A stretch of DNA of 64,000 bases. Origin: Acidimicrobiales bacterium (GTDB lineage: Bacteria > Actinomycetota > Acidimicrobiia > Acidimicrobiales > JBOGIG01). The DNA lies in NCBI GenBank assembly GCA_050742455.1, contig JBOGIG010000004.1, positions 9,508 through 73,507 on the forward strand. Direction: 5' to 3'. Made by a program: the position numbers and the translations under genes. The notes under the pieces were generated by a model. That model was not told the DNA's origin and made no database searches. It worked only from the letters and a program-made list of their open reading frames with translations. Shown here one piece after another: positions 40,110 through 49,162 of the stretch; the first letter of the stretch is position 1; every line of letters starts with the position of its first letter.

Positions 40110-40663
40110 TCAGTGCCCGGGGCGGTCTTCGTTGCCGGCATTGCGGGCGTCACGAATGGCACGCAGCTCGGGTAGCGCTTCCCGATCTTTGGGCCGGTTC
40201 GCCCGCTCCTTTGCTCGGATGATGTCGTCCAAGCCGGCCGCTCGAATGACGAAGCCTTGGCCGTGGAGCACGCTCGCTCGCTCCGCCAGTTCCTCATAGG
40301 GAACGATGCGGCCATCAGGTGCCTCCAGACCAGCGAGCACGTCGAGCGGGCATCGTCGGTCATCCACGTGGTGATCGCAAGATCTGCGAGGGTTGCCCCG
40401 TCGATCTGCACGGGCAACAGCCGAGCTTCATCGTCGGTCATGCCCGCGGCCCGCAGCCGGGCGTTCAGCTCTCTCATGGCAGCGGCAAGCCGGTCCAAGT
40501 TCGCCCGCTCGCGGCGCACCACGCAATCCGCGTCGTCGGTAGGGCGTTCGGCGCCATGGGCGGCCGCAGCCGCGCCCCCGCACAGCAGGTAGTCGACACC
40601 GTGGCGGGCGAAGACCGCGATCACCCGGCCGAGGTCGGGAGGCGGACCGTCAGGCGGAGACAT
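40110..40663 (-). pseudogene. Frameshifted nucleotidyltransferase-fold protein (MNT/AbiEii-like GG...D.D motif)
   Basis: The N-terminal part (LLCGGAAAAAHGAERPTDDADCVV...LAITTWMTDD) is in one frame. The C-terminal part (PLDVLAGLE...YEELAERA...LDDIIRAKERANRPKDREAL) is in another. The frame switch lies at about 40350-40375. Confidence 0.6.
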
Positions 40664-40844
40664 CGGCGTCGGCAACGGCCCGCCGAGCTGCCAGATTGGC
40701 CAGCCACGCCTTGAGTGCCTCCGGAGAATCGAGCCGTCGCCCGTCAAAAGTCATGGGCACATCATCGGGGGTCGGCGGCGCTGCGTAGCGCATGCGCTTG
40801 ATTAGCTCCTCAGCAGTCATCACGGGTTGCGCGGCCACGTCCAC
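40650..40844 (-). CDS. Small (64 aa) hypothetical protein overlapping the start of the nucleotidyltransferase gene
   Basis: The ORF stop (40650-40652) overlaps the ATG at 40663 of the downstream gene by 14 nt. No family was recognised. Confidence 0.4.
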   Translation of the reverse strand: MDVAAQPVMTAEELIKRMRYAAPPTPDDVPMTFDGRRLDSPEALKAWLANLAARRAVADADVSA

Positions 40845-41059
40845 ATCGTACCTCCGGTGCTGCCTCGCTGATACACCTTCCTTGGGTCCCCCACTCGGTG
40901 GTCCCTATCGACGTAGGCAAGTCGACGGAGATGGCGTAGATCGCCGCCGCGCCCGACGAATCGGGGCGTCCGGTCCGGAAGGTGGGGTTGTCGACTCGGC
41001 GTCGATCTCCACGGCGCGCTTGGAGTGCACCTCCATGACCTCCTCGGGCACGCCGACAC

Positions 41060-41067
41060 CAGTTTGT
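41060..41067. repeat. Target-site duplication AGTTTGTT (left copy) of the ISL3 element
   Basis: An identical 8-mer abuts the other IS end at 43843-43850. Confidence 0.85.
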
Positions 41068-41092
41068 TGGGTCATCGGAATCTGGCGGGGTC
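41068..41092. repeat. ISL3 terminal inverted repeat (gggtcatcggaatctggcggggtcg)
   Basis: It matches the reverse complement of 43818-43842 at 21 of 25 positions. Confidence 0.8.
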
Positions 41093-41224
41093 GCAAGCCC
41101 TCACGTGACGACGATCGAGCCCAAGACGCGCCAGTTGGGTTTGCCGGCATAGAGCAGGGCACGTATCCGGTAGTTCTCGAAATTGCGGAACCCGAAGCCG
41201 ATTCGTTTGATGCGTTTGAAGCTC

Positions 41225-42316
41225 TTATGTCAAGACCGCATCGCGACGAGGGTCTCGGAGCATGGTTCTGAAGATGACGTCAGAAAGATGCCGTTTGAGG
41301 ATCCGCATTGCTTCGCGGCGGGTGTGACCGCGATCGCGGGCGTTATCGAAGAGGACTCGGGCTCGAGGTTCGAAACGGAGCTGGATCATGGCGATCCGAT
41401 GGATTGCGGCGTTCAGCCTTCGGTTCCCGCCCCGTGAGAGTCGGTGACGAACGGGCTGATCGGACCCTTCCCCGGAGGAGGCCGGAACTGGCGCGGTGCC
41501 GTTGTATCGAGCGAACCCGGCCTCGGTGAAGCGGCGCACATCGCCAACCTCGACCAGGATCTCGGCGGCGGCGCGAGGCGCTATGCCCACCAGCTCGGTG
41601 AGTGTGGATCGGGACTCGCCAACGAGTTTGGCGAGCTCAGCCGTGGCAGTCTTGTCTTGGGCGAGCACATCGCGCAGCATCGTTACCCGCTGGGCGATCA
41701 AGCTCATGCGGAGTCGCACGACCGGGTCGGAGACCCCCTCGAGTACCCCGTTGATCTTTGCGAATGCGTTGACCTTGGCTCGGACGGTCTTGACGGTCGT
41801 GACCTGGCAGCGGATGTCCTCGGGCAGGTCCTGGATGAGCATGTCGATCTCGCCGAGGAGCTGGACCCGGACCTTGGTCAGTGACTTGCGGGCGTTGTGC
41901 CACAAGGCAATTCTGTCTCTCAGTGGGTCCGGCTCGTCTGGTGTGGATCGCTTGAAAGCACAGGCCAATTGCGGGTTGGTTTGGGTCTCCTGGGCGGCAC
42001 GTTGGGCGTCGATTACGTCGCTCTTGCCTTCATGACGGCCCCGTCCCCGACGGGCGGTGCGATGAGGGGGAACGTCGCGCACGTCGGAACCTTTGGCGAC
42101 GAGGAACTTGGCGAGATGCCGGCCAAGGCTTCCCGCGTTCTCCACGCCCCACCGGTCAATCGGGCCCAGACCACCAGCCCACGCAATGGCCTTGCTGTAA
42201 CCCACCTCGGTGTTGTCGAAATGACCATGGCCGAGTACACCACCGCGCTCGTCTAGCACGGTGGTGGTGAAGCTTCGCCGGTGCGGGTCTACACCAACAA
42301 TGTTGCCTGGACTCAT
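41225..42316 (-). CDS. IS110-family transposase
   Basis: It has an N-terminal DEDD-type domain (VGVDPHRRSFT...WGVENAGSLGRHLA...GKSDVIDA) and the C-terminal motif YNGTAPVPASSG...RHRLSRGGNRRLN. Confidence 0.92.
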   Translation of the reverse strand: MSPGNIVGVDPHRRSFTTTVLDERGGVLGHGHFDNTEVGYSKAIAWAGGLGPIDRWGVENAGSLGRHLAKFLVAKGSDVRDVPPHRTARRGRGRHEGKSDVIDAQRAAQETQTNPQLACAFKRSTPDEPDPLRDRIALWHNARKSLTKVRVQLLGEIDMLIQDLPEDIRCQVTTVKTVRAKVNAFAKINGVLEGVSDPVVRLRMSLIAQRVTMLRDVLAQDKTATAELAKLVGESRSTLTELVGIAPRAAAEILVEVGDVRRFTEAGFARYNGTAPVPASSGEGSDQPVRHRLSRGGNRRLNAAIHRIAMIQLRFEPRARVLFDNARDRGHTRREAMRILKRHLSDVIFRTMLRDPRRDAVLT

Positions 42317-42555
42317 TTGTAACCTCCATCACGCGTAGGATGTGTGGAAGAATCGGGCGACGAAATCCCAGTCAAGGGCAAGCGAAGCTCTTATCAAGTC
42401 AGCCCGGTTTCCGGTGACCGCGTCGAGGTCGACACTTCAAACGCAAGACGCTCCAACTGTGGACGTCGAGATAAAATTCGAGTCAGGCCTCGGCACGATC
42501 ACCAACCGTAGAAGCCAAATGTCTGACCTCTCTGGCATCTCCATTCGAACACTGG
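41227..42555 (-). mobile_element. IS110-family insertion sequence (about 1329 bp) nested in the ISL3 transposase gene
   Basis: The boundaries are inferred from where ISL3 transposase homology breaks and resumes in frame. It carries an intact IS110-type transposase. Confidence 0.8.
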
Positions 42556-43817
42556 GATCAAGTTGTTCAATCCCCCGGTGGGTCCGTTGCTCAGCTTGGC
42601 TAGGTGGAAGTTGCACAGCTTGTCGAACCACCGCTTGATGGTGCGTCCGAGCTTTTGGACCTCCGGTGGCATGGCCCGCTTCAGGCAGTGGCCTTGGAGT
42701 TCTTCTAGCAATTGGCGTGCCTCGTCTGGTCCGGGGGCCCGGTAGAAGTCACGCAGGCGCTCTTTGATCCGATAGGCAATGGCCACTTCTCCGCCCGGAT
42801 CGCCGAGTTCGAGCAATGAGGCCAGACGTTCGGTGGCGCCGGCGTCAAGCCTCTCCTCGCCCATCAACAGGACCCGCCGAGCCCGATAGAGCGGGTCGTC
42901 ACGCCGTCCCCGGTGCCCGGTCTGTTCGGATTGCACCCGGCGCCGAACGGCATCGAGACAGCGGTTGGCCAATTGCACGGCATGGAACGGGTCGACCACT
43001 TGATCTGCCTTGGGCAAGGTCACCGTGTAGACGGCGGCATAGGTGGCCGACATGTCCAAGGTCCCAAAGCGGATCCGCTCCTTCCAAGCCTGGGGTTGTC
43101 CCTCGATCCAGCCCGCCACATCGGCGAAATTACGGGTGGGCAAGATGTCGATCAGCTGGTGGTTCTCCACGTCGGCCACGGTGGTGGCGAAGTCCTTGTG
43201 CTTCTTGGAGCCGAGCTTGACGAACGAGGTCTCGTCAAGACCGATGGCGGTCGTTTGGTTGAGCCGCTTGCGATCCGCCGCGATCAGGGCGCTGCCGTAG
43301 GTGGTCAGCGCGTTATTGACCGTGTGCCAATCACAGTCAAGCTCGGCGGCCACTTCTGAGACAGTCCGGCCGGTGCCGACCTGGAGCGTCGCCCACTTGG
43401 CTGCCCTGGTGGTGAGCAGGCAGTTCTTGGCTGCGATGCGATGGTCTTGGAGGACCCAGGTCCCTTTGGCGCAGGCAGCGTTGGGGCATTTCATCCGGTG
43501 TTTCTTCCAGGCCAGGTGCATGGGCGCCCCATAGACGCGCAGGTCGGTGTAGCGCACCACCGGGCGCTGTTTGACCCGGGCCACCTGGTTGCAGGAGGGA
43601 CATCGAACGGCCTCGATCACCTGTTCGATCATGAGCTCGACATCGGGGCCGCTGCGTTGGTAGTTCAGGACCCGGCATCTTTGAGACCCACCAGGGCACG
43701 GAGGATCTCACTAGGGTGAACGAGGACGAAGGTGCTTCTTGCTTGTTTGGTCACACTTCAAGCTTGGAGCACCTTTGTTCAACTGCGTGTTCAATTGCGC
43801 GAGACTCGTCTACCCGC

Positions 43818-43842
43818 GGACCCCGCCAGAATCCGAAGAGCC
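43818..43842. repeat. ISL3 terminal inverted repeat (reverse complement ggctcttcggattctggcggggtcc)
   Basis: It pairs with 41068-41092. Confidence 0.8.
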
Positions 43843-43850
43843 AGTTTGTT
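43843..43850. repeat. Target-site duplication AGTTTGTT (right copy)
   Basis: It is identical to 41060-41067 and lies 4 nt from the tRNA-Glu 3' end. Confidence 0.85.
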
Positions 43851-43854
43851 TTTG

Positions 43855-43927
43855 CAGCCCCAACGGGATTCGAACCCGTGCCTCCACCTTGAGAGGGTGA
43901 TGTCCTAGGCCGCTAGACGATGGGGCC
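43855..43927 (-). tRNA. tRNA-Glu (anticodon CTC), CCA not encoded
   Basis: Hand-folded cloverleaf: acceptor GGCCCCA/TGGGGCT, anticodon arm TCACC-CTCTCAA-GGTGG, T arm ACGGG-TTCGAAT-CCCGT. It closely parallels E. coli tRNA-Glu architecture. Confidence 0.88.
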
Positions 43928-43939
43928 AAAACTGGATTT

Positions 43940-44014
43940 TGGCTCGGGGGGGAGGACTCGAACCCCCAAAAACAGGTCCAGAACCTGTCGTGTTGCCGAT
44001 TACACCACCCCCGA
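43940..44014 (-). tRNA. tRNA-Gln (anticodon CTG), CCA encoded
   Basis: Hand-folded cloverleaf: acceptor TCGGGGG/CCCCCGA, anticodon arm ACAGG-TTCTGGA-CCTGT, T loop TTCGAGT, 3' GCCA. Confidence 0.88.
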
Positions 44015-44031
44015 TCGGGTGAGCCACCAAT

Positions 44032-44664
44032 TTAGCCGACCTGCGCCTCCCCATGCACCTGAGGGGAACGGCCGGCCAGGGAGTGAAAGTCGTTGAGGTG
44101 ACGGAAGCCGATGATGCGTCCGGCGGCCACGGCCAAGGTCTCTTTGGCATAGAACGAAATGGTGGCTGTGCCCCGGATGGGAGACGTCGTCGTCGGCGAC
44201 GAATAGCCCTTCAATCCGACCTCGGCCGCTACCAGGTCGATCCGGGCACAGTGAAACCCGTCGGACACCAACAAGATGGTGTTGATCCCCCGGGGCCGAA
44301 GAAACTCCGATGCGGCCGCCAAGGACTCGTAGGTGTCACGCCCTTTGACCTCCCGCAAGATGGCGGAGTCCGGCACTCCGTGGCGGATCAGGTAGTCGGC
44401 CGAGGCCGTGGCCTCGGTGTAGCGGTCGCCAGGGGCGCCGCCTCCGGTGACCACGATGATGGGCGCCAACCTTGACCGCCAAAGGGCGAGGGTGTGGTCC
44501 AATCGGGCCTTGAGATCGGGCGAGGGCACCCCGTTGTACTGGGCCGAGCCCATGACAACGATGGCTTGGGCGGGACGAGCTTCGTCCCGGTGGCCGGCCT
44601 GGTAAACCTGAACGGCAGTGACCACCAGGTATACGACTAGGGCGGTGATGAACAGCGAGATCAC
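44032..44664 (-). CDS. YdcF/ElyC/SanA (DUF218) family protein
   Basis: It has an N-terminal TM helix and the DUF218 pattern (IVVMGSAQ...IIVVTGG...LLVSDGFH). Confidence 0.8.
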   Translation of the reverse strand: MISLFITALVVYLVVTAVQVYQAGHRDEARPAQAIVVMGSAQYNGVPSPDLKARLDHTLALWRSRLAPIIVVTGGGAPGDRYTEATASADYLIRHGVPDSAILREVKGRDTYESLAAASEFLRPRGINTILLVSDGFHCARIDLVAAEVGLKGYSSPTTTSPIRGTATISFYAKETLAVAAGRIIGFRHLNDFHSLAGRSPQVHGEAQVG

Positions 44665-44696
44665 CTTCAGTGTCAGTCTGATCAGGGGACGGCTCC

Positions 44697-46139
44697 CTAA
44701 GTATTCGCAGCCGACGATTGGGGCGGTTCGTCTTTCAGGCGGATCCGGGCCGCGTCGAGGCGCGCCATAACTTTTTCCCGCCCGAGGAATTCACACGACT
44801 CGAACAGCGGGGGGCCGACGGTCCGCCCCGTTATCGCCACCCGCACCGGCGCCTGAGCCTTGCCCAGCTTGCGGCCCAAGCGTTCGCCCACCCGAGCCAG
44901 GCCATCCTTTAGGACACCGGCTTCCCAGGTGCAGTCCCGGTAGGCGTCGATGACACCGTCGATGATGGGTCCGGCCGCCTCATCGCCCATGGCCTTCTTC
45001 CACGAGGCCGGATCGGTGTCAGGCTCATCCAAGAACATGAAGTCCACCATCTTTTCCACCTCACCCAGAGTGTCGACCCGTTCCTGGACCAGGGGCGCCA
45101 GGGCCTCGAACACGGCCGGGTCGAAGCCGGACGCGGGCCAGGCCGCCTTGGCCAACCAAGGAGCACACTCGTCGACGAAGTCCTTCACCGCCATGCGGCG
45201 CATGTAGTGCCCATTGAAGCTGCGCAGCTTGACCACGTCGAAGAACGCCGGTGAATGGTTCACCTCTTCCAGCCGGAACTCGGCCACCATCTCGTCGTTG
45301 GTCAGGAACTCCCGATCATCACCGGGGGCCCAGCCCAGCAGGGCCAGGTAGTTGCGCATCGCCTCGGCCAGGAAACCTTGGGATCGGTAGTCCTCCAAGG
45401 CCACCGGATCCCGGCGCTTGGACAACTTCTGGCGCTTCTCATTGACCAGGATGGGAAGATGGGCAAACAGTGGCAGCGGGACCGTGGGGGCGGCGCCGGC
45501 CAGAGCCCGCCACAGCAGGATGGCCTTGGGCGTGGTGGGTAAGTGCTCCTCGCCCCGGATCACGTGGGTGATGGACATGTCCATGTCATCCACCACCACG
45601 GCCAGCACGAACAACGGGGCGCCGGAGGATTTCACCACGATGAAGTCCTCGATGGAGTCGGTAGAAAACTGAACCGGACCGCGGATCAGGTCCTGGACCA
45701 CCACCGTCTCTCCTGCCGGTACCCGGAAGCGCAGGGCCCGCCCTGGGCCGGGACCGAGATCGAGATCTCGGCAATGGCCGTCATAGCCCGGGGTGGCATT
45801 GGCGCTGGTCCGTTCGTCGATCTCGGTCCGAGTGCAGCCGCAATAGTAGATGTGGCCCTCACGGCGGAGTCGGTCGGATGCCGCCGCATACAATTCACCT
45901 CGCTCCGACTGGCGGAAAGGGCCTTCATCCCAATCCAAACCCAGCCAGTCGAGCGAGGTGCAGATCCCCTCAACCCACTCCTCCCGGTTGCGCTCGGTGT
46001 CGGTGTCCTCGATCCTGAGAACCATGGACCCCCCCAAGCGGCGGGCAAAGAGCCAGTTGTACAAGGCGGTGCGAGCACCGCCAACGTGAAAATAGCCCGT
46101 GGGTGAAGGCGCGAAGCGGACGCGGATCTGTTCGGGCAT
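44697..46139 (-). CDS. gltX: Glutamate--tRNA ligase
   Basis: It has the class I HIGH region (RFAPSPTGYFHVGGART) and the KMSKS-like KLSKR. The start is at ATG 46139 (MPEQIRVRFAPSPTG). The track ORF extension to 46253 is unlikely to be real. Confidence 0.95.
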   Translation of the reverse strand: MPEQIRVRFAPSPTGYFHVGGARTALYNWLFARRLGGSMVLRIEDTDTERNREEWVEGICTSLDWLGLDWDEGPFRQSERGELYAAASDRLRREGHIYYCGCTRTEIDERTSANATPGYDGHCRDLDLGPGPGRALRFRVPAGETVVVQDLIRGPVQFSTDSIEDFIVVKSSGAPLFVLAVVVDDMDMSITHVIRGEEHLPTTPKAILLWRALAGAAPTVPLPLFAHLPILVNEKRQKLSKRRDPVALEDYRSQGFLAEAMRNYLALLGWAPGDDREFLTNDEMVAEFRLEEVNHSPAFFDVVKLRSFNGHYMRRMAVKDFVDECAPWLAKAAWPASGFDPAVFEALAPLVQERVDTLGEVEKMVDFMFLDEPDTDPASWKKAMGDEAAGPIIDGVIDAYRDCTWEAGVLKDGLARVGERLGRKLGKAQAPVRVAITGRTVGPPLFESCEFLGREKVMARLDAARIRLKDEPPQSSAANT

Positions 46140-46335
46140 GTCCCTTACGCTACCCCGCCCGGGACTCCCAGCCGGAGGTCCTCGCCTGAGAGGACAACCC
46201 AGGGGGCGGGCGGTCAGCGGGCGGTGAGCACGGCTTGCCCTTGCGCTGTACATCCACCTCAGAGCTGGAACAATCAGTTAGCGTCGGCTCGTCAGCGTTC
46301 GATCGCTCCGCTGGAGACTCGGAAGGGAGCCCCGC

Positions 46336-46743
46336 ATGATAAAGGACTTCAAGGCTTTCGTATTGAGGGGCAATGTCGTCGATCTAGCCATCGCCGTGGT
46401 CATCGGCGCCGCCTTCGGCAAGGTGATTGCCTCGTTCGTGGCCAACCTGTTGACACCGCTGATCAGCATCCCGGGCAAGACCAACTTCTCCGGGCTGCAA
46501 TTCACCGTCAATCACAGCGTCTTTAAGTACGGCACCTTCATCAACGATGTGATCGCATTCTTGATCATCGCCGCCGCGGTCTTCTTCTTCCTGGTCAAGC
46601 CGGTAAACCACCTCATGGCGCGCTACCGCCCCGCTCCCGACGAGGAGATCCCCAAGCGGGACTGTCCAGAATGCATCAGCTCTATTCCGGTGATGGCCCG
46701 GCGATGCGCCTTCTGCTCGGCCGAGGTGACCCCGGCGGCTTGA
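46336..46743 (+). CDS. mscL: Large-conductance mechanosensitive channel MscL with C-terminal CxxC...CxxC tail
   Basis: It has MIKDFKAFVLRGNVVDLAIAVVIGAAFG and two TM helices. The tail reads CPECISSIPVMARRCAFC. A GGAAGGGAG SD lies upstream. Confidence 0.92.
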   Translation: MIKDFKAFVLRGNVVDLAIAVVIGAAFGKVIASFVANLLTPLISIPGKTNFSGLQFTVNHSVFKYGTFINDVIAFLIIAAAVFFFLVKPVNHLMARYRPAPDEEIPKRDCPECISSIPVMARRCAFCSAEVTPAA

Positions 46744-46801
46744 ACCCACAGGTGTCGGTCGTCAGGTGGTCGGGTGGCCCCCGATGCCTATGTTGAGGTG
46801 C

Positions 46802-47167
46802 CTATGTTGCAGGAACCGGATTGTCGGCCAAAGCCTCCGCCATCCGGTCGTATACCTTGAATACCCTGGTCAAGCCGGTGATCTCGAGGACCTTGACCAC
46901 CCTGGGCTGGGTTGAAACCAAGATGAGGTCGCCGTCGACGCCCCGCAGACGCTTGAGTCCGCCGACCAGGACACCCAGACCGGTGGAGTCCAGGAACTCG
47001 ACTTTCTCCATGTCCATGATCACCGTGGTGTGCCCTGCATTAGCCAGATCAATGAGTTGTTGGCGCAGTTGGGGAGCGGTGAAGACGTCTATCTCGCCGG
47101 TTACCGCCAGCACTAGCGGCTGGTCTTCCTGATGGGTGATGTCGAAGGTAACTTCCAAGTCCACCAT
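46802..47167 (-). CDS. STAS-domain anti-sigma factor antagonist
   Basis: The pattern LAVTGEIDVFTAPQLRQQL...FLDSTGLGVLVGGLKR...LEITGL is SpoIIAA/RsbV-like. The start is at ATG 47167 inside the longer track ORF. Confidence 0.85.
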   Translation of the reverse strand: MVDLEVTFDITHQEDQPLVLAVTGEIDVFTAPQLRQQLIDLANAGHTTVIMDMEKVEFLDSTGLGVLVGGLKRLRGVDGDLILVSTQPRVVKVLEITGLTRVFKVYDRMAEALADNPVPAT

Positions 47168-47340
47168 CTCCTCGTCAGTCGGTCGGGCTTCGCGGGGACC
47201 TGTCGGCAACCGGCAGGTCGACCGGCATAATTCTAGGCCAAGCACCAAGGGTGAGCACATCGGCCCGGGTGCATCGTACGACGGCGAAGCGGCCGTATGC
47301 CCGGACCGACCCGGACCAAGGCGCGGCGAACGGACAGAGT

Positions 47341-48102
47341 TCAGCCCGCCATGGTCAGGCCGCCACTGACACTGAGGACCTGCCCGGTGACGAACGATGC
47401 CGCATCCGAGGCAAAAAATGCCACCGCTGCCGCCACCTCTTCGGGGCGGGCCAGACGACGGAAGGGTATGGCGCGGATCAGTGCCTCTTTGATCCGCTCG
47501 GGCTGGGAGGCGAACAGCGGGGTGTCGGTGGGTCCCGGACACACGCAATTCACGTTGATCCCGTAGCGGGCCATCTCCCGAGCCAGGGACTTGGTGAAAG
47601 CGATCACCCCGCCTTTGGCCCCGGCATAGACGGTCTCGCCCGCGCTACCCACCCGTCCGGCGTCACTGGCCAAGTTGACCACCTTCCCCCCTTCCCCGGC
47701 GGCGATCATCGGTTCAAGGAAAGCCCGGCACACCTCCACGGGCCCCAAATAGTTGATAGCCACCACGGTCTGCCAGAACGCGCGGTCATTGTCCATGAAC
47801 GCCTCGGTGCGGTCCCAACCGGCGGCGTTGACCAAGATGTAGGCCGTGCCCATCTTTTCCTGCACCTGATCTCGAAGGGCGGCAATGCTGTCGGGCTGGG
47901 TAACGTCCACCGGCAGGGCCAGCACGCAGGATGGTCTGGCCAACGCCGTGGCCTGTGCCCCATCCAGGTCCCGATCGGCGGCCACCACCCGTGCCCCGGC
48001 ATCGGCCAGGGCCCACACGACGGCCCGGCCAATGCCCGAAGCCCCACCGGTCACCACCGCAATCTTGCCGATCAGATCATCCAGGTGATCAGTGTCTGTC
48101 AT
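47341..48102 (-). CDS. Short-chain dehydrogenase/reductase (FabG-like)
   Basis: It has the TGGASGIG cofactor motif, NAAG, and the YAGAK catalytic motif. Confidence 0.9.
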   Translation of the reverse strand: MTDTDHLDDLIGKIAVVTGGASGIGRAVVWALADAGARVVAADRDLDGAQATALARPSCVLALPVDVTQPDSIAALRDQVQEKMGTAYILVNAAGWDRTEAFMDNDRAFWQTVVAINYLGPVEVCRAFLEPMIAAGEGGKVVNLASDAGRVGSAGETVYAGAKGGVIAFTKSLAREMARYGINVNCVCPGPTDTPLFASQPERIKEALIRAIPFRRLARPEEVAAAVAFFASDAASFVTGQVLSVSGGLTMAG

Positions 48103-49150
48103 CTCTCAACCTTCCTGTGGGTTCGTGGCGGATTTCGCCGCTGTCGCCATTCTTGGCCCTTCCGAGCTCGAACTCTTCCAGCGGCCTGCGGTCGGCCTGG
48201 GCATTGAATCCGGCCTCCACGTCGATCTCGGGCCGTCGCTCCTGCATCAGGGCCAGGCGGACGAACGTTCTTCTGTCTCCTTCACTCAGGGGAGGCTGGG
48301 TCATGGTGCGAGGCCAGAGCCGGTAGCGGCGCACCACGTTGATCTCGGCCGCCAAGAGCGTCAACTGGGCCCCGAGGTACAAGAAAGACAATAGGCCGAT
48401 GACCAGGGCGAACGTGCCGTAAACGGGCGTAGCGTGCACTAACTCCCGACGTACGTACCATGCCCCCAGAGCTTGGAGCAGCTCCCAGAACACCGTAGCC
48501 AATCCGGCCCCCACCGCCACGTCGCGCCAGTGAAGGGGCTCGGACGTCAACACGATGAACGCCGCTGTGAACACGCCGAAGTTAACCACCAGCGAAGCAG
48601 GAATAGACCACACCTGCACCAGGCTTCCGTGCAGGAATACCGGGGTGAGCCGGGCGAGGAGACTGGAGATAACCGTTCCCAGGCCCAGGGCCACCAAGAC
48701 GGTGAAACCCCTCAGCCGTCTCAGCCAGAAGTTCGGCCATAGCTTGTAGGGCACGTTCCACACGGTGTGCATGGCGTTGAGAGCAGCCTGGCCCACGCCT
48801 TGGACCCCGTAGATGGTCCCAATCACGCCCACTGCCAGTGCCACGGCGCTCCCTGTCAGTGGATGGGCCGCGCTGTGCAGTTGACTGCCGATGATGGGCA
48901 GGTTGGCCAGAGCGGAATCCAGCACACGGTGCTGAAGGCTCGGGTAGCCGGAAAGCACGAAGCCGAGGATGGTGGTGAGCAACAGGAGCAGCGGGAATAG
49001 GGCGAACAGGCCGTAATAGGCGATGATCACAGCCTTGCCGCCGGCTTGGTCGTTGCCGTACTTCTGGATGACGGCGAAGGGGAAAGCCACCACGGGGTGG
49101 CGTTGTTGGAACTTGTCAACCCGTCGAACGGCCACTTCGATCGGGTTCAC
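48089..49150 (-). CDS. YihY/BrkB family inner-membrane protein
   Basis: It has YGNDQAGGKAVIIAYYGLFALFPLLLL and six predicted TM helices. It overlaps the SDR start by 14 nt. Confidence 0.82.
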   Translation of the reverse strand: MNPIEVAVRRVDKFQQRHPVVAFPFAVIQKYGNDQAGGKAVIIAYYGLFALFPLLLLLTTILGFVLSGYPSLQHRVLDSALANLPIIGSQLHSAAHPLTGSAVALAVGVIGTIYGVQGVGQAALNAMHTVWNVPYKLWPNFWLRRLRGFTVLVALGLGTVISSLLARLTPVFLHGSLVQVWSIPASLVVNFGVFTAAFIVLTSEPLHWRDVAVGAGLATVFWELLQALGAWYVRRELVHATPVYGTFALVIGLLSFLYLGAQLTLLAAEINVVRRYRLWPRTMTQPPLSEGDRRTFVRLALMQERRPEIDVEAGFNAQADRRPLEEFELGRAKNGDSGEIRHEPTGRLRDDRH

Positions 49151-49162
49151 CAGATTGACCCG

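Larger units (their letters stand above)
41101..43632 (-). pseudogene. ISL3-family transposase disrupted by IS110 insertion
   Basis: The N-terminal piece is 43632..42556 (...SNGPTGGLNNLI). The C-terminal piece is 41226..41101 (KSFKRIKRIGFGFRNFENYRIRALLYAGKPNW...). Removing 41227-42555 restores one in-frame 400-codon ORF. Confidence 0.88.
41068..43842 (-). mobile_element. ISL3-family insertion sequence (about 1446 bp of own sequence) interrupted by an IS110-family element
   Basis: It has terminal 25-bp inverted repeats (21/25 identical by hand alignment), an 8-bp TSD, and an ISL3-type transposase split in two pieces. Confidence 0.88.

Noticed and set aside
46785-46809. An 11-bp direct repeat tgcctatgttg x2 (14-bp period) between the convergent mscL and STAS genes
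   Set aside because: It is real but very short, and one copy overlaps the STAS stop codon. No hairpin or other structure suggests function.
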